From positions 57,656-77,655 of the IMG/VR virus record IMGVR_UViG_3300037585_005926: DNA of 20,000 bases; one strand, written 5' to 3'. Numbering within the stretch: the first letter of the stretch is position 1; every line of letters starts with the position of its first letter. The translations under genes were made by a program, and so were the position numbers. The notes beneath the pieces were generated by a model, which saw nothing but the letters and a program-made list of their open reading frames with translations, was not told the origin of the DNA and made no database searches. Source of the DNA: an uncultured virus (IMG/VR IMGVR_UViG_3300037585_005926) (taxonomy: Duplodnaviria > Heunggongvirae > Uroviricota > Caudoviricetes). Of the stretch, positions 1-8,455 are shown in pieces.

Positions 1-3000
1 GTGCTCAAGGTAACAGAGTTTACTGACTTTCATTTAGAACCACGGCAAGGTTCACGATTGAAGCTTCTCTATTCAGTGGACTTCTCAACAGTGTTTGGGC
101 TCCCCGAGATACAACTTGATGACGGCGAGCCAGAAGAAGTAGAAAAAGACGATATAAAGGTCAAGTTTACTACGGCCGAAATGACGCCCATGAATATCAG
201 AGTCAGAAAGGGACTCAATTTATACAACAGATATTTGAAAGTGTTTACGGGAACGCAAGGCGGCCATCTAAAGTTTAAAAAAGACGACAGGTATTTTGAC
301 CTTTCGGATTACGGAGATGATGGTCTTTTTGGGACATCAGCGCTTGGAACACTGTACAGCGACTTAGACTCATGGCTTAGCAGCCGCGGCTTCACGATGT
401 CAGTAAGTTTTTGGGACCTGTTCAGTTCAGACGAGCTTATGACTAAGCTGGTAATGGTCTTTGATGGCAATTACAACATTAAAAAAATGCAAGTATATAC
501 TGAGGGCTGCGGTGATCGGCCGGCTGCTACATATAAAAAGAATCGATTAAGATCTTTACGCCGGCGAGGTAGCTGGAAAGACAAGACCGCAGTGGCATAT
601 TTCGCAAGAATGCAAGAAATGGACAGAGGCTTCAAGGCCCGACGCCCCAAGCCATGGATTGAGTTTCTCGAAGAGTTTACTTACCCTGAAATATATGCGT
701 GGCAGCCTGAAGGCGATATAGGAGAACCTACAACATCAGCTTGTATCCAGAACAATCTTGAGAATGAGTTTAAAGACTTGGGTCAGGATATCTTTGACGA
801 AGTTTTCTCTATTGGAGATGCTGTTGCAAAGGCCTTCCATGATAATCTGTGTCGCCTGGATCCAGACGAAGTAAAGAGAGATCTTGGAGAAATGGGCCTA
901 AACCAGGGCGCCCCAGGCCTCTCGAATCCTCATAATATGCAAAGTAATGCGCGCATGCAGGCCTATTACAGGATTGACGAAAAAGATCCAATTTTTGTAA
1001 ACATGTGCAAGAGAGCCATAATGTATAAGGGCTTCGGCGGAATGGGTATGGGCTCTCTAGATCAATTATACAAACATGGCCTCGGTCCTCTTAAATATTG
1101 TGGTCTGTATGATCTTATGTTCGAAGCGATTGAGTGCTTATTTAAAGGATTGACTTTGGCTGAAGCACTCGGCCGAATAATATTAACTGCTCTCAAGGCA
1201 ATGGGAGTTCGAGATTTTGGAGTACTGTTTGTTGGCTTACCTCCTGAAAAACGCGCTGAACTCGATGCACTTGTCAAAAAGAATTTAAAATCTGGAAAAA
1301 CGTTTGAAGCACTCGATGATAAATCGCCACGCGCTGAAGATGCACCATTTTTTGGTGAAGTGAACTTTGTAAAACCGTGGGAAGACGAAGCATTTGTTGA
1401 GCACCAAGAAAAAACGAGTAGGCCCGACGCATTCGGTGCCCAGGTGCCTTCCAAGAATAAAGATATTAGCAATTACGACCCCACTGTACAGCGCCGCACT
1501 CTGGGCCAGCAACTAGCCGGCCCGTCTGCACAACAGAAGTCACAGCTAGATTCCCAGAAAGTGTTTGATGCATACATCCTCGCGCTAATCGAAGTGTATG
1601 AGGATAACTACCTAGCACTCCTCGACCATATGAGCGGCTTCCCGGGAGCGCAGTTGATTGCCGCTGTCATCGCACTGCTTGATTGTCCGCAGCCACCTTT
1701 ATTTAATCCAGGTATTATGGACTTTGTCAAGAGTTTAGGCATGCCCTTCTGCAGAAATCAAGTTGATATTACTTCGATTAGAATGGAGAATCCATTTAGA
1801 ATGTGGCCAAAGCTAGCTGATATTCTTGGGCTTCTTTTCTTCTTGCTAAAACAGGCTTTCTGGGCTCTTCTGGCAAAAATTCTTCTAGCAATTCTTGGCA
1901 AGATTTGTGAGATTATTGGTAACGCAATTTGCAAGGCTCTGGAAACCGTAGGGGAAGTTGTAGCTGCGCTGCCCAGCGCTATCGCCGGCCGCACAAACTT
2001 GTTTGATGTCATTAGGGACACGATCTGTGGCCCCACTGTTAGCAACGAACAAGTGGAGAACACAGTTGTTGAGATCGTGAACCAACTGGGTGTTGGTGGT
2101 GCTGCGCTAGCAGACCGCGATAGGGCGATTAGCTTCTTTGCAGATTCAATGAACGCTATGACCAGACAGGAGGCGTTTGAAGCTATGCTCGATGGCCCAT
2201 CCGCCATGGCGCTGGATATCATAGATGGCATTGTGGAGCACGATTACCCAGAGTATCGCGAAGCTCTGCCAAACAAGTCATCGATATCTAAGTTTTACAA
2301 AAACGTAGGCCTATTGATGCCGGCAGAGTCAAGAAACGAGCTAAGGGATATATTGGAAGCCTTCCCAGAAGAACTAAATGCGCCAGTTAATCCTTCAATG
2401 TGTTCGACGCCAGAAGAGTTAGAATTATTCAATGAGAAGCGTTGTTCGTTATTGGAAGGACGCATGTCTCCGGCACAGTGTGAGGCACTCAACATGAGCG
2501 CCAAAGCGCAATTGTTAGAAGACCTAGACGATATTGGAAAGGTCATACATGAGGGGATACCAAACATAGTAGAAGCCAACATGCCACCGTTCTTTTCTGA
2601 TCCCGGCTGTGACAATGGCCTGATGCCGATTGAGCCAGAGCCTGCAAAAATAGTTGCAACGACTGCCCTTAAGGGAGAGATGGATAAAATCAAGCTTGCA
2701 TATACTGAAGATATGCTTGGTGAAGGTGCATTCTTTTATCAACAAAAGAACTGGGGCCTCCTTAACATGGTACTCTCGGATACTTACGGAAATCCTTGGA
2801 CTGTTCACCAAGACAAGGTCGCGTCCGGCGCACGCTGGGTCGACTACTACGGAGAATTCTCTGAAAACGAGTTGACACCAGCGCCATCGGTCCCCGCTAA
2901 TCCGTTTATGTTACCAGTATGGATGGTGCAACTCATAGTATGGATTACAATACTACCGCTAGAAGTAGTAATCAACTTTATGATTGGACTGTTTGCCGGT

Positions 3001-6000
3001 GAAGCCCGCGGCGCATATCCGCAATATGTTGCTGGCTGGCTCCGCGGACAGTTTTTGCCCGAAACCACACCATATCAAACCCAAGGAACTTCCACAAGTG
3101 TGTCCAAACCAAACGGCACCTACATCGCAGATTTGCGGGGCCCCATGGGAGAAATTGGGTTTAACAGCACAAACGACAAAAGAAAGACAAAGCGGTGGAG
3201 CAAATCTTTCAGTGATTTAGGATTTGTTGGATTTCTGTGGGATACAGATGTTGAATTGGTGGACATGCCAAACCATGGCTATAATGCTGCCCACAGAGTG
3301 GACTTCGAAAATGACAGAGTAGTAATTACTCGTAAAGCCAGAAAAGATACAGCAGATGTCACTCTTAAATTTAAAGATAACGCTAAGGGCTACCGCGCTC
3401 GCGGCAGGTCTGACGAGGACTGGGCCTACGGCTTCAACCTCCGCGCATACTACTCAGATTTAATCAAGAAAGACGGCGCGTATGTAAACCGTCCGGACGA
3501 TAATACCAGAGTGTCAGTCATTTCCATGGTTAATATGGCTGCAGAAACAGCCGCTTCGGCACTTGAGTTGGTTCCAGAAGAGGATCGCCCGGGGATGTTT
3601 GAAGATGAGCCCGCCATAATTAAAGATAGAAGATATGAGTTTCTTTCTGTAGACAACGGCCTTGACAACATAGACCTTATAAACTTTCCCGAGTTAGCAA
3701 AAACATTTGAGGGATACAAAAGTTATTCACCACCCGTTGCCGCTTTGCATGATTTAACCAATGGCGCCTTGTCAATTGATGCAGCAAGGGGTTTATATAA
3801 CCGGGTTAATAAAGGCTTCTACAACACGTTTGCTGGAGAAATAGGAAACAATGACAAAGGTTGGCTCTTTGGCGCTGTTGCTGATCCGCTCACACGCTCA
3901 GACTTTGATTTAGGGGTCATATTGGACGCAGACTTGGCACGCGATAACGATGACTACGGCGTAGGCGACTTTGTATCAGTGTATAAACTAAAAGTAAGAG
4001 ATGACGACGGCGATCTTAACTTCGTCAGCAGCGAGGACGGAATTCTAGGAATCAGCAGAAATGAATATGATAATCTTGATAATCCTGAGAACACCAGAGT
4101 GTTCTATCTGGATCCTGGCAAGTATGGGGGAAGCTACATGTTCCCGCCTGTTTATACAAAGCCACTGCCTAACTCAGGCTGGACTGGCATGGTTGACCTG
4201 CTGTTCCCAGAAAGAAGCCCGTGTGACCCCAAGACTGACGGTATTGCTAACTTCTCGCAAATCAGTCAAATGATTGACACATACTATCCAAGAATCCCCG
4301 AAGACAAGAGGTTGCTGGGCGATGAAGACTGTATCTTAGAGGTACCCTTTAATCGAATTTTAACCCGTCCATCAAAGGCTGCAATCCGCGGACTGGTCAT
4401 GGCCGGCATCAAGACTTTTGCCAGTACTGGATTTGTAAAATCGATAGCAACGTTTACAAAGTTTGCTCCTGACTTTGAGCACAACTACAGTAAGATATAT
4501 GCAGGGTACATTGTGGAAGCTATGAAAGAGGCCATGATGTCAACAGGAGGCAATTTCCTCAATCCGTTTAACGATACAGAGTTCTGGTATGCCTATCTTG
4601 AACAGGCAGTGCAGATGTACTCAGATCGTCTAGACGATGAACTAGACGAAACCTTTACGGCCAGCAACTGTCCTCAATCGGTCCAAGAAGCATTAGAAAA
4701 AATTAATAATATGCAATCAGGCTATAAGTACCCATTTGACTTCGATGACTACAACAGCGAAGATTATGGCACCTTTGAATCCATGAAGAGCTTCAGAGAG
4801 AGTAAGAATCTAGAAGCAGTAAAGAAAGTTGAAAGCGAAGCCAAGATTGTAATGCAAGAGTTGGTGTTAGAACAGCTTAAACTTCTTTCAGAGGTATTTA
4901 CCAAGAATTGCTCCAGAGCAGGTTTCGATCCAGCAATCACAAATATGAATTATTATTTCTTCAACAATTTTTGTAATGGTGGCGAAGGCCTACAGCTTCA
5001 CGGCGAGTTCGTAGAGAAGCCTGCCGCGGGCTCCCTGCCATCTGAGGGAACCAATCTATATACGACCGGTGACATGTTGGCTCTTCCGAGCGGCATACCA
5101 TATGTTGGAGAATATCATGTGCATAAAGATGTTGATGGTACCAGTATCTACATGGCCGGCGCTGAACATTCTGAATTAGAAGAGCATGACAGGCTCATTC
5201 CCTTTGCCAATGTCATGGAAGTGTTTACAAAACAGAAAATAGATGGAATGGTGTCTGAAAGTCTATTGGGAGACATTGGCTCAAGCATCGGCGAAAAAAC
5301 TTTCTATCTGAAAAAATATGTAAGCGTTGCCGGCGCCTCCATGACGTCTGCAGCAGCAGAGGCGCAGATTCGCGGTAAAGGAAGCGGAAACTTATCGGAT
5401 TATTACCCGGGCACACTAGAGCTTGTGCAGCCGCCTATACGCGGTAATGGTCGTGACCATGTGGGGACTGCCCCAGCGATTGGAATAACTGGTAATATTG
5501 GTGTCCAATATGTTTTAGAATTTGGTATTGCCGCCGGCGATTCTGTTGGTTCTCCAATCCCAATTGCAGAAGCAAGAATCGATGCCCTAGATCTGCCAGT
5601 GTCACAGTTTAAGGGGATTTCACCAAATAGCAAACTCTTACTCTGCTTGCTTAACAATCTTCAAGATGATACTAACTTCAGGCTCACGCTTGATTATATC
5701 TTCCCAATGAAGAAGGCGCTCTCAATGCTGGCGATTTATAACGACCTAGGGCTCTTGCCCTCTGTGGGCGAATTAACAGTCGAAAAGGGAGATATGACTT
5801 CATCTTCCGAAAAAGAAAAACCTGGCGGCAGAATAACTGGCGCGGCCCTTGAGACTGTGACTTCGGCTGACGGTACTGAACACCAGAAGCTATCACTTAA
5901 CTCAGCCTGGACAGCCGGCTGGGCATCTGAAGATGATAGAAACGGGTTCCTTAGTAGCTTCGGCTATCTAGATTGGGATGAATGGGATAAGCAGCCGCTT

Positions 6001-6234
6001 AGAAACACCACAAGAACAATCAAAGATATCTTCAAGATCTATTATCGCGATCGTAAGTTTAATGTCCTAGAATCCTCGGGCCCCTCAATAGTGGATCAAT
6101 TTACTGCCGGCATTGTAGAAAGATTTAGATTCAACCCAGCAATGAAGATTCTGCCTTGGTTCCAAAAATCTCAAGTCCGCGGAAATATATTTAACGCAGA
6201 TGGCGCCGAGTGTTCCAAGAAAAATTCAAGTTGA
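1..6234 (+). CDS. Large hypothetical phage protein (at least 2077 aa, probably 5'-truncated), likely virion/tail-associated, with two hydrophobic segments
   Basis: Uninterrupted frame from base 1 (GTG at the window edge, so the true start is probably upstream) to TGA 6232-6234. It lies directly upstream of the gp25-like gene. Hydrophobic stretches occur at about 1813-1932 and 2905-3000, and there are 22 Cys by manual count. I do not recognise the family. Confidence 0.85.
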   Translation: MLKVTEFTDFHLEPRQGSRLKLLYSVDFSTVFGLPEIQLDDGEPEEVEKDDIKVKFTTAEMTPMNIRVRKGLNLYNRYLKVFTGTQGGHLKFKKDDRYFDLSDYGDDGLFGTSALGTLYSDLDSWLSSRGFTMSVSFWDLFSSDELMTKLVMVFDGNYNIKKMQVYTEGCGDRPAATYKKNRLRSLRRRGSWKDKTAVAYFARMQEMDRGFKARRPKPWIEFLEEFTYPEIYAWQPEGDIGEPTTSACIQNNLENEFKDLGQDIFDEVFSIGDAVAKAFHDNLCRLDPDEVKRDLGEMGLNQGAPGLSNPHNMQSNARMQAYYRIDEKDPIFVNMCKRAIMYKGFGGMGMGSLDQLYKHGLGPLKYCGLYDLMFEAIECLFKGLTLAEALGRIILTALKAMGVRDFGVLFVGLPPEKRAELDALVKKNLKSGKTFEALDDKSPRAEDAPFFGEVNFVKPWEDEAFVEHQEKTSRPDAFGAQVPSKNKDISNYDPTVQRRTLGQQLAGPSAQQKSQLDSQKVFDAYILALIEVYEDNYLALLDHMSGFPGAQLIAAVIALLDCPQPPLFNPGIMDFVKSLGMPFCRNQVDITSIRMENPFRMWPKLADILGLLFFLLKQAFWALLAKILLAILGKICEIIGNAICKALETVGEVVAALPSAIAGRTNLFDVIRDTICGPTVSNEQVENTVVEIVNQLGVGGAALADRDRAISFFADSMNAMTRQEAFEAMLDGPSAMALDIIDGIVEHDYPEYREALPNKSSISKFYKNVGLLMPAESRNELRDILEAFPEELNAPVNPSMCSTPEELELFNEKRCSLLEGRMSPAQCEALNMSAKAQLLEDLDDIGKVIHEGIPNIVEANMPPFFSDPGCDNGLMPIEPEPAKIVATTALKGEMDKIKLAYTEDMLGEGAFFYQQKNWGLLNMVLSDTYGNPWTVHQDKVASGARWVDYYGEFSENELTPAPSVPANPFMLPVWMVQLIVWITILPLEVVINFMIGLFAGEARGAYPQYVAGWLRGQFLPETTPYQTQGTSTSVSKPNGTYIADLRGPMGEIGFNSTNDKRKTKRWSKSFSDLGFVGFLWDTDVELVDMPNHGYNAAHRVDFENDRVVITRKARKDTADVTLKFKDNAKGYRARGRSDEDWAYGFNLRAYYSDLIKKDGAYVNRPDDNTRVSVISMVNMAAETAASALELVPEEDRPGMFEDEPAIIKDRRYEFLSVDNGLDNIDLINFPELAKTFEGYKSYSPPVAALHDLTNGALSIDAARGLYNRVNKGFYNTFAGEIGNNDKGWLFGAVADPLTRSDFDLGVILDADLARDNDDYGVGDFVSVYKLKVRDDDGDLNFVSSEDGILGISRNEYDNLDNPENTRVFYLDPGKYGGSYMFPPVYTKPLPNSGWTGMVDLLFPERSPCDPKTDGIANFSQISQMIDTYYPRIPEDKRLLGDEDCILEVPFNRILTRPSKAAIRGLVMAGIKTFASTGFVKSIATFTKFAPDFEHNYSKIYAGYIVEAMKEAMMSTGGNFLNPFNDTEFWYAYLEQAVQMYSDRLDDELDETFTASNCPQSVQEALEKINNMQSGYKYPFDFDDYNSEDYGTFESMKSFRESKNLEAVKKVESEAKIVMQELVLEQLKLLSEVFTKNCSRAGFDPAITNMNYYFFNNFCNGGEGLQLHGEFVEKPAAGSLPSEGTNLYTTGDMLALPSGIPYVGEYHVHKDVDGTSIYMAGAEHSELEEHDRLIPFANVMEVFTKQKIDGMVSESLLGDIGSSIGEKTFYLKKYVSVAGASMTSAAAEAQIRGKGSGNLSDYYPGTLELVQPPIRGNGRDHVGTAPAIGITGNIGVQYVLEFGIAAGDSVGSPIPIAEARIDALDLPVSQFKGISPNSKLLLCLLNNLQDDTNFRLTLDYIFPMKKALSMLAIYNDLGLLPSVGELTVEKGDMTSSSEKEKPGGRITGAALETVTSADGTEHQKLSLNSAWTAGWASEDDRNGFLSSFGYLDWDEWDKQPLRNTTRTIKDIFKIYYRDRKFNVLESSGPSIVDQFTAGIVERFRFNPAMKILPWFQKSQVRGNIFNADGAECSKKNSS

Positions 6235-6263
6235 TTAAATAAGTTTAAGTGCTAAATACTTAA

Positions 6264-6270
6264 TAAAGGA
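6264..6270 (+). promoter_or_regulatory. Shine-Dalgarno site for the gp25-like gene
   Basis: TAAAGGA ends 5 nt before ATG 6276, within an AT-rich 41-nt intergenic gap. Confidence 0.7.
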
Positions 6271-6275
6271 AAAAC

Positions 6276-6644
6276 ATGTCATCCCTCTCAGTTAAATTGC
6301 CGATTGCCAGAGATTCTGGTGATGGCTTTGAAATGATCAAAAGTTTTAGAACCCTAGTGAAACAAAACTTTAAAATGTTATTGTTAACGAATAAGGGTGA
6401 GCGTGTCATGGAACCAGATTTTGGCGTTGGGATGAACAAGTATCTGTTTGAGAATTTTAACCAAAGTACATTTTCTAAAATAGAAAGAGATATCTTTGAA
6501 CAAACTAGTATTTATTTACCCTCAGTTAGCATACAAGAAATTAGTTTTGATGAGGTCGCGCAAAGCAACAATGCCTTAAATGTTAGAATCAGATACACAA
6601 TACCAAATTTAAATATTAAAGATTTGTTAGAATTTACTATTTAA
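6276..6644 (+). CDS. Baseplate wedge / sheath initiator protein, T4 gp25 / P2 GpW family
   Basis: 122 aa with the family motif 'VKQNFKMLLLTNKGERVMEPDFGVGMNKYLFE' (L.T..GER.M.P.FG..L...LFE) followed by a beta-rich C-terminus. Size and position before gp6 fit. Confidence 0.92.
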   Translation: MSSLSVKLPIARDSGDGFEMIKSFRTLVKQNFKMLLLTNKGERVMEPDFGVGMNKYLFENFNQSTFSKIERDIFEQTSIYLPSVSIQEISFDEVAQSNNALNVRIRYTIPNLNIKDLLEFTI

Positions 6645-6646
6645 AT

Positions 6647-6652
6647 TGAGGA
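6647..6652 (+). promoter_or_regulatory. Shine-Dalgarno site for the gp6-like gene
   Basis: TGAGGA lies 6 nt before ATG 6659. Confidence 0.7.
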
Positions 6653-6658
6653 TTTTTT

Positions 6659-8455
6659 ATGCCTAAAGACGAAAAAAAACTGCTCCCAATAGATTATACT
6701 CATCGCGAGTTTGAAACAATCCAACAAGATCTGTTAGAAATCGCAGAAAGATTCTATCCAGATTCGTTCCAGGATTTTAGCGAAGCTTCTTTCGGTGCTC
6801 TCATGATAGACGCAGTTTCTTATGTCGGTGATCAACTGTCATTTTATCTAGATTACAACGTTAATGAATCGTTTCTAGACACCGCCTATCAGTATAGCAA
6901 TGTTGTGCGACACGGCCGTGTGCTAGGTTACAAAACACAAGGGCGCCCATCAACGTACGGTTCTGTAGCCATGTTCCTTCTTGTTCCAGCTTCAACTACA
7001 GGTATCGGCCCAGACACTGACTATATACCAGTTCTTAAACGAGGAACAACTTTCGGTTCAGGTGTCGGCCTAAGCTATGTCCTGACAGAGAATGTAGATT
7101 TTGCTAGCCCAGCAAACACGTTTGTAGCCGCCCGTGTGGACCCCACAACCGGCGCGCCTACCCATTACGCCATCAAGGCCTATGGGAACGTTGTATCGGG
7201 CCAGTTCGGCCAGGAACGGGTACCGGTGGGTGCCTTTGAAAGATTCAGAACAGTGTCCCTTGATGCACAGAACGTTTCAGAAATCATTTCTGTATTTGAT
7301 ACAGAAGGTAATGAGTATTTTGAAGTCGATTATCTAGTACAAGACACAGTGTTTAAAGAAGTCACCAACTCTAATTTTAAAAACGACAATGTTCCATCAA
7401 TCATAAAACCGACCCTGGTCTCAAGAAAGTTTGTAACGCAGTTTAGTCGAAACGAAATCACGCTACAGTTTGGCAGTGGAAAAATGAGCAATTCTGATGT
7501 GGTAGCAAATCCGCAGAATGTTGCAGTTGACGTTTTTGGAAAAACTTATACAACAACCGTAACCTTTGATCCGAGTCGCTTGTCAGAAAATGAAAGCTTC
7601 GGCATTGTCCCAACCAACACCACCTTGATAATTACTTATCGAACCACAAACGGAACAAACTCTAATGTTGCAGTCGGATCTTTGAACTCAGTCAACTCCG
7701 CCGTACTGGAATTTGAAAACAGACAAAACTTATCAGGTGACAAAGTTGCTGCCGTTCGCGCCTCAATAGAGGTTTCTAATGAGGAACCAATCGTAGGAAA
7801 TGTTAGTTATCCATCGACAACAGAGATAAAGCAAAGAGTGTACGACACCTTTCCTACTCAAAACCGTGCAGTCACACAGACTGATTATGAAAATATAGCT
7901 TACCGCATGCATCCAAAGTTTGGTTCTATCAAGAGAGTGTCAGTCCAGAAGGATCCAGATTCACAAAAAAGAAACTTAAATATGTACGTTATTTCGGAAG
8001 ATACGGCCGGCAAACTAACCGCAAGTAACTCAACAATAAAAAACAACTTAAAAACTTGGATTAATCAGTATAGAATGATTAATGATACTGTTGACATACT
8101 AGATCCTTTTATCCTTAATTTTGGATTAGAGTTTATAGCGAAGCCGCAGAATATGGCAGATAAATATATTGTTTTAGATCGTTGTATCGACGCGCTAAAG
8201 AAACATTTTGAACAGCCATTCTTTATTGGAGAGCCTTTGTACATCAGTGATATTTATAAAGTCCTCAAGGACGTTACTGGCGTGTTAGATGTTACCAAGG
8301 TAAAGATATTCATCAAGAGTGGCGCAGGGTATTCCAATGCGGCAATCCACGTTAATGAGAATCTTTCAGGTGACGGCTCGTACCTTGTCGTGCCAAACAA
8401 CGCTATCTTAGAGCTTAAGTACCCAGATGTTGATATGACAGGAATAATTAGATAA
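6659..8455 (+). CDS. Baseplate wedge subunit, T4 gp6 / baseplate J-like
   Basis: 598 aa. N-terminal 'IDYTHREFETIQQDL...DFSEASFGALMIDAVSYVGDQLSFYLDYNVNESFLDTA...LGYK', central 'LQFGSG' and 'ITYRTTNGTNSN', and C-terminal 'TQNRAVTQTDYE' all match T4-type gp6 motifs. It follows gp25. Confidence 0.92.
   Translation: MPKDEKKLLPIDYTHREFETIQQDLLEIAERFYPDSFQDFSEASFGALMIDAVSYVGDQLSFYLDYNVNESFLDTAYQYSNVVRHGRVLGYKTQGRPSTYGSVAMFLLVPASTTGIGPDTDYIPVLKRGTTFGSGVGLSYVLTENVDFASPANTFVAARVDPTTGAPTHYAIKAYGNVVSGQFGQERVPVGAFERFRTVSLDAQNVSEIISVFDTEGNEYFEVDYLVQDTVFKEVTNSNFKNDNVPSIIKPTLVSRKFVTQFSRNEITLQFGSGKMSNSDVVANPQNVAVDVFGKTYTTTVTFDPSRLSENESFGIVPTNTTLIITYRTTNGTNSNVAVGSLNSVNSAVLEFENRQNLSGDKVAAVRASIEVSNEEPIVGNVSYPSTTEIKQRVYDTFPTQNRAVTQTDYENIAYRMHPKFGSIKRVSVQKDPDSQKRNLNMYVISEDTAGKLTASNSTIKNNLKTWINQYRMINDTVDILDPFILNFGLEFIAKPQNMADKYIVLDRCIDALKKHFEQPFFIGEPLYISDIYKVLKDVTGVLDVTKVKIFIKSGAGYSNAAIHVNENLSGDGSYLVVPNNAILELKYPDVDMTGIIR

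Noticed and set aside
6235..6275. Rho-independent terminator after the first gene
   Set aside because: There is only a weak 6-bp AT-rich stem and no following U-tract.
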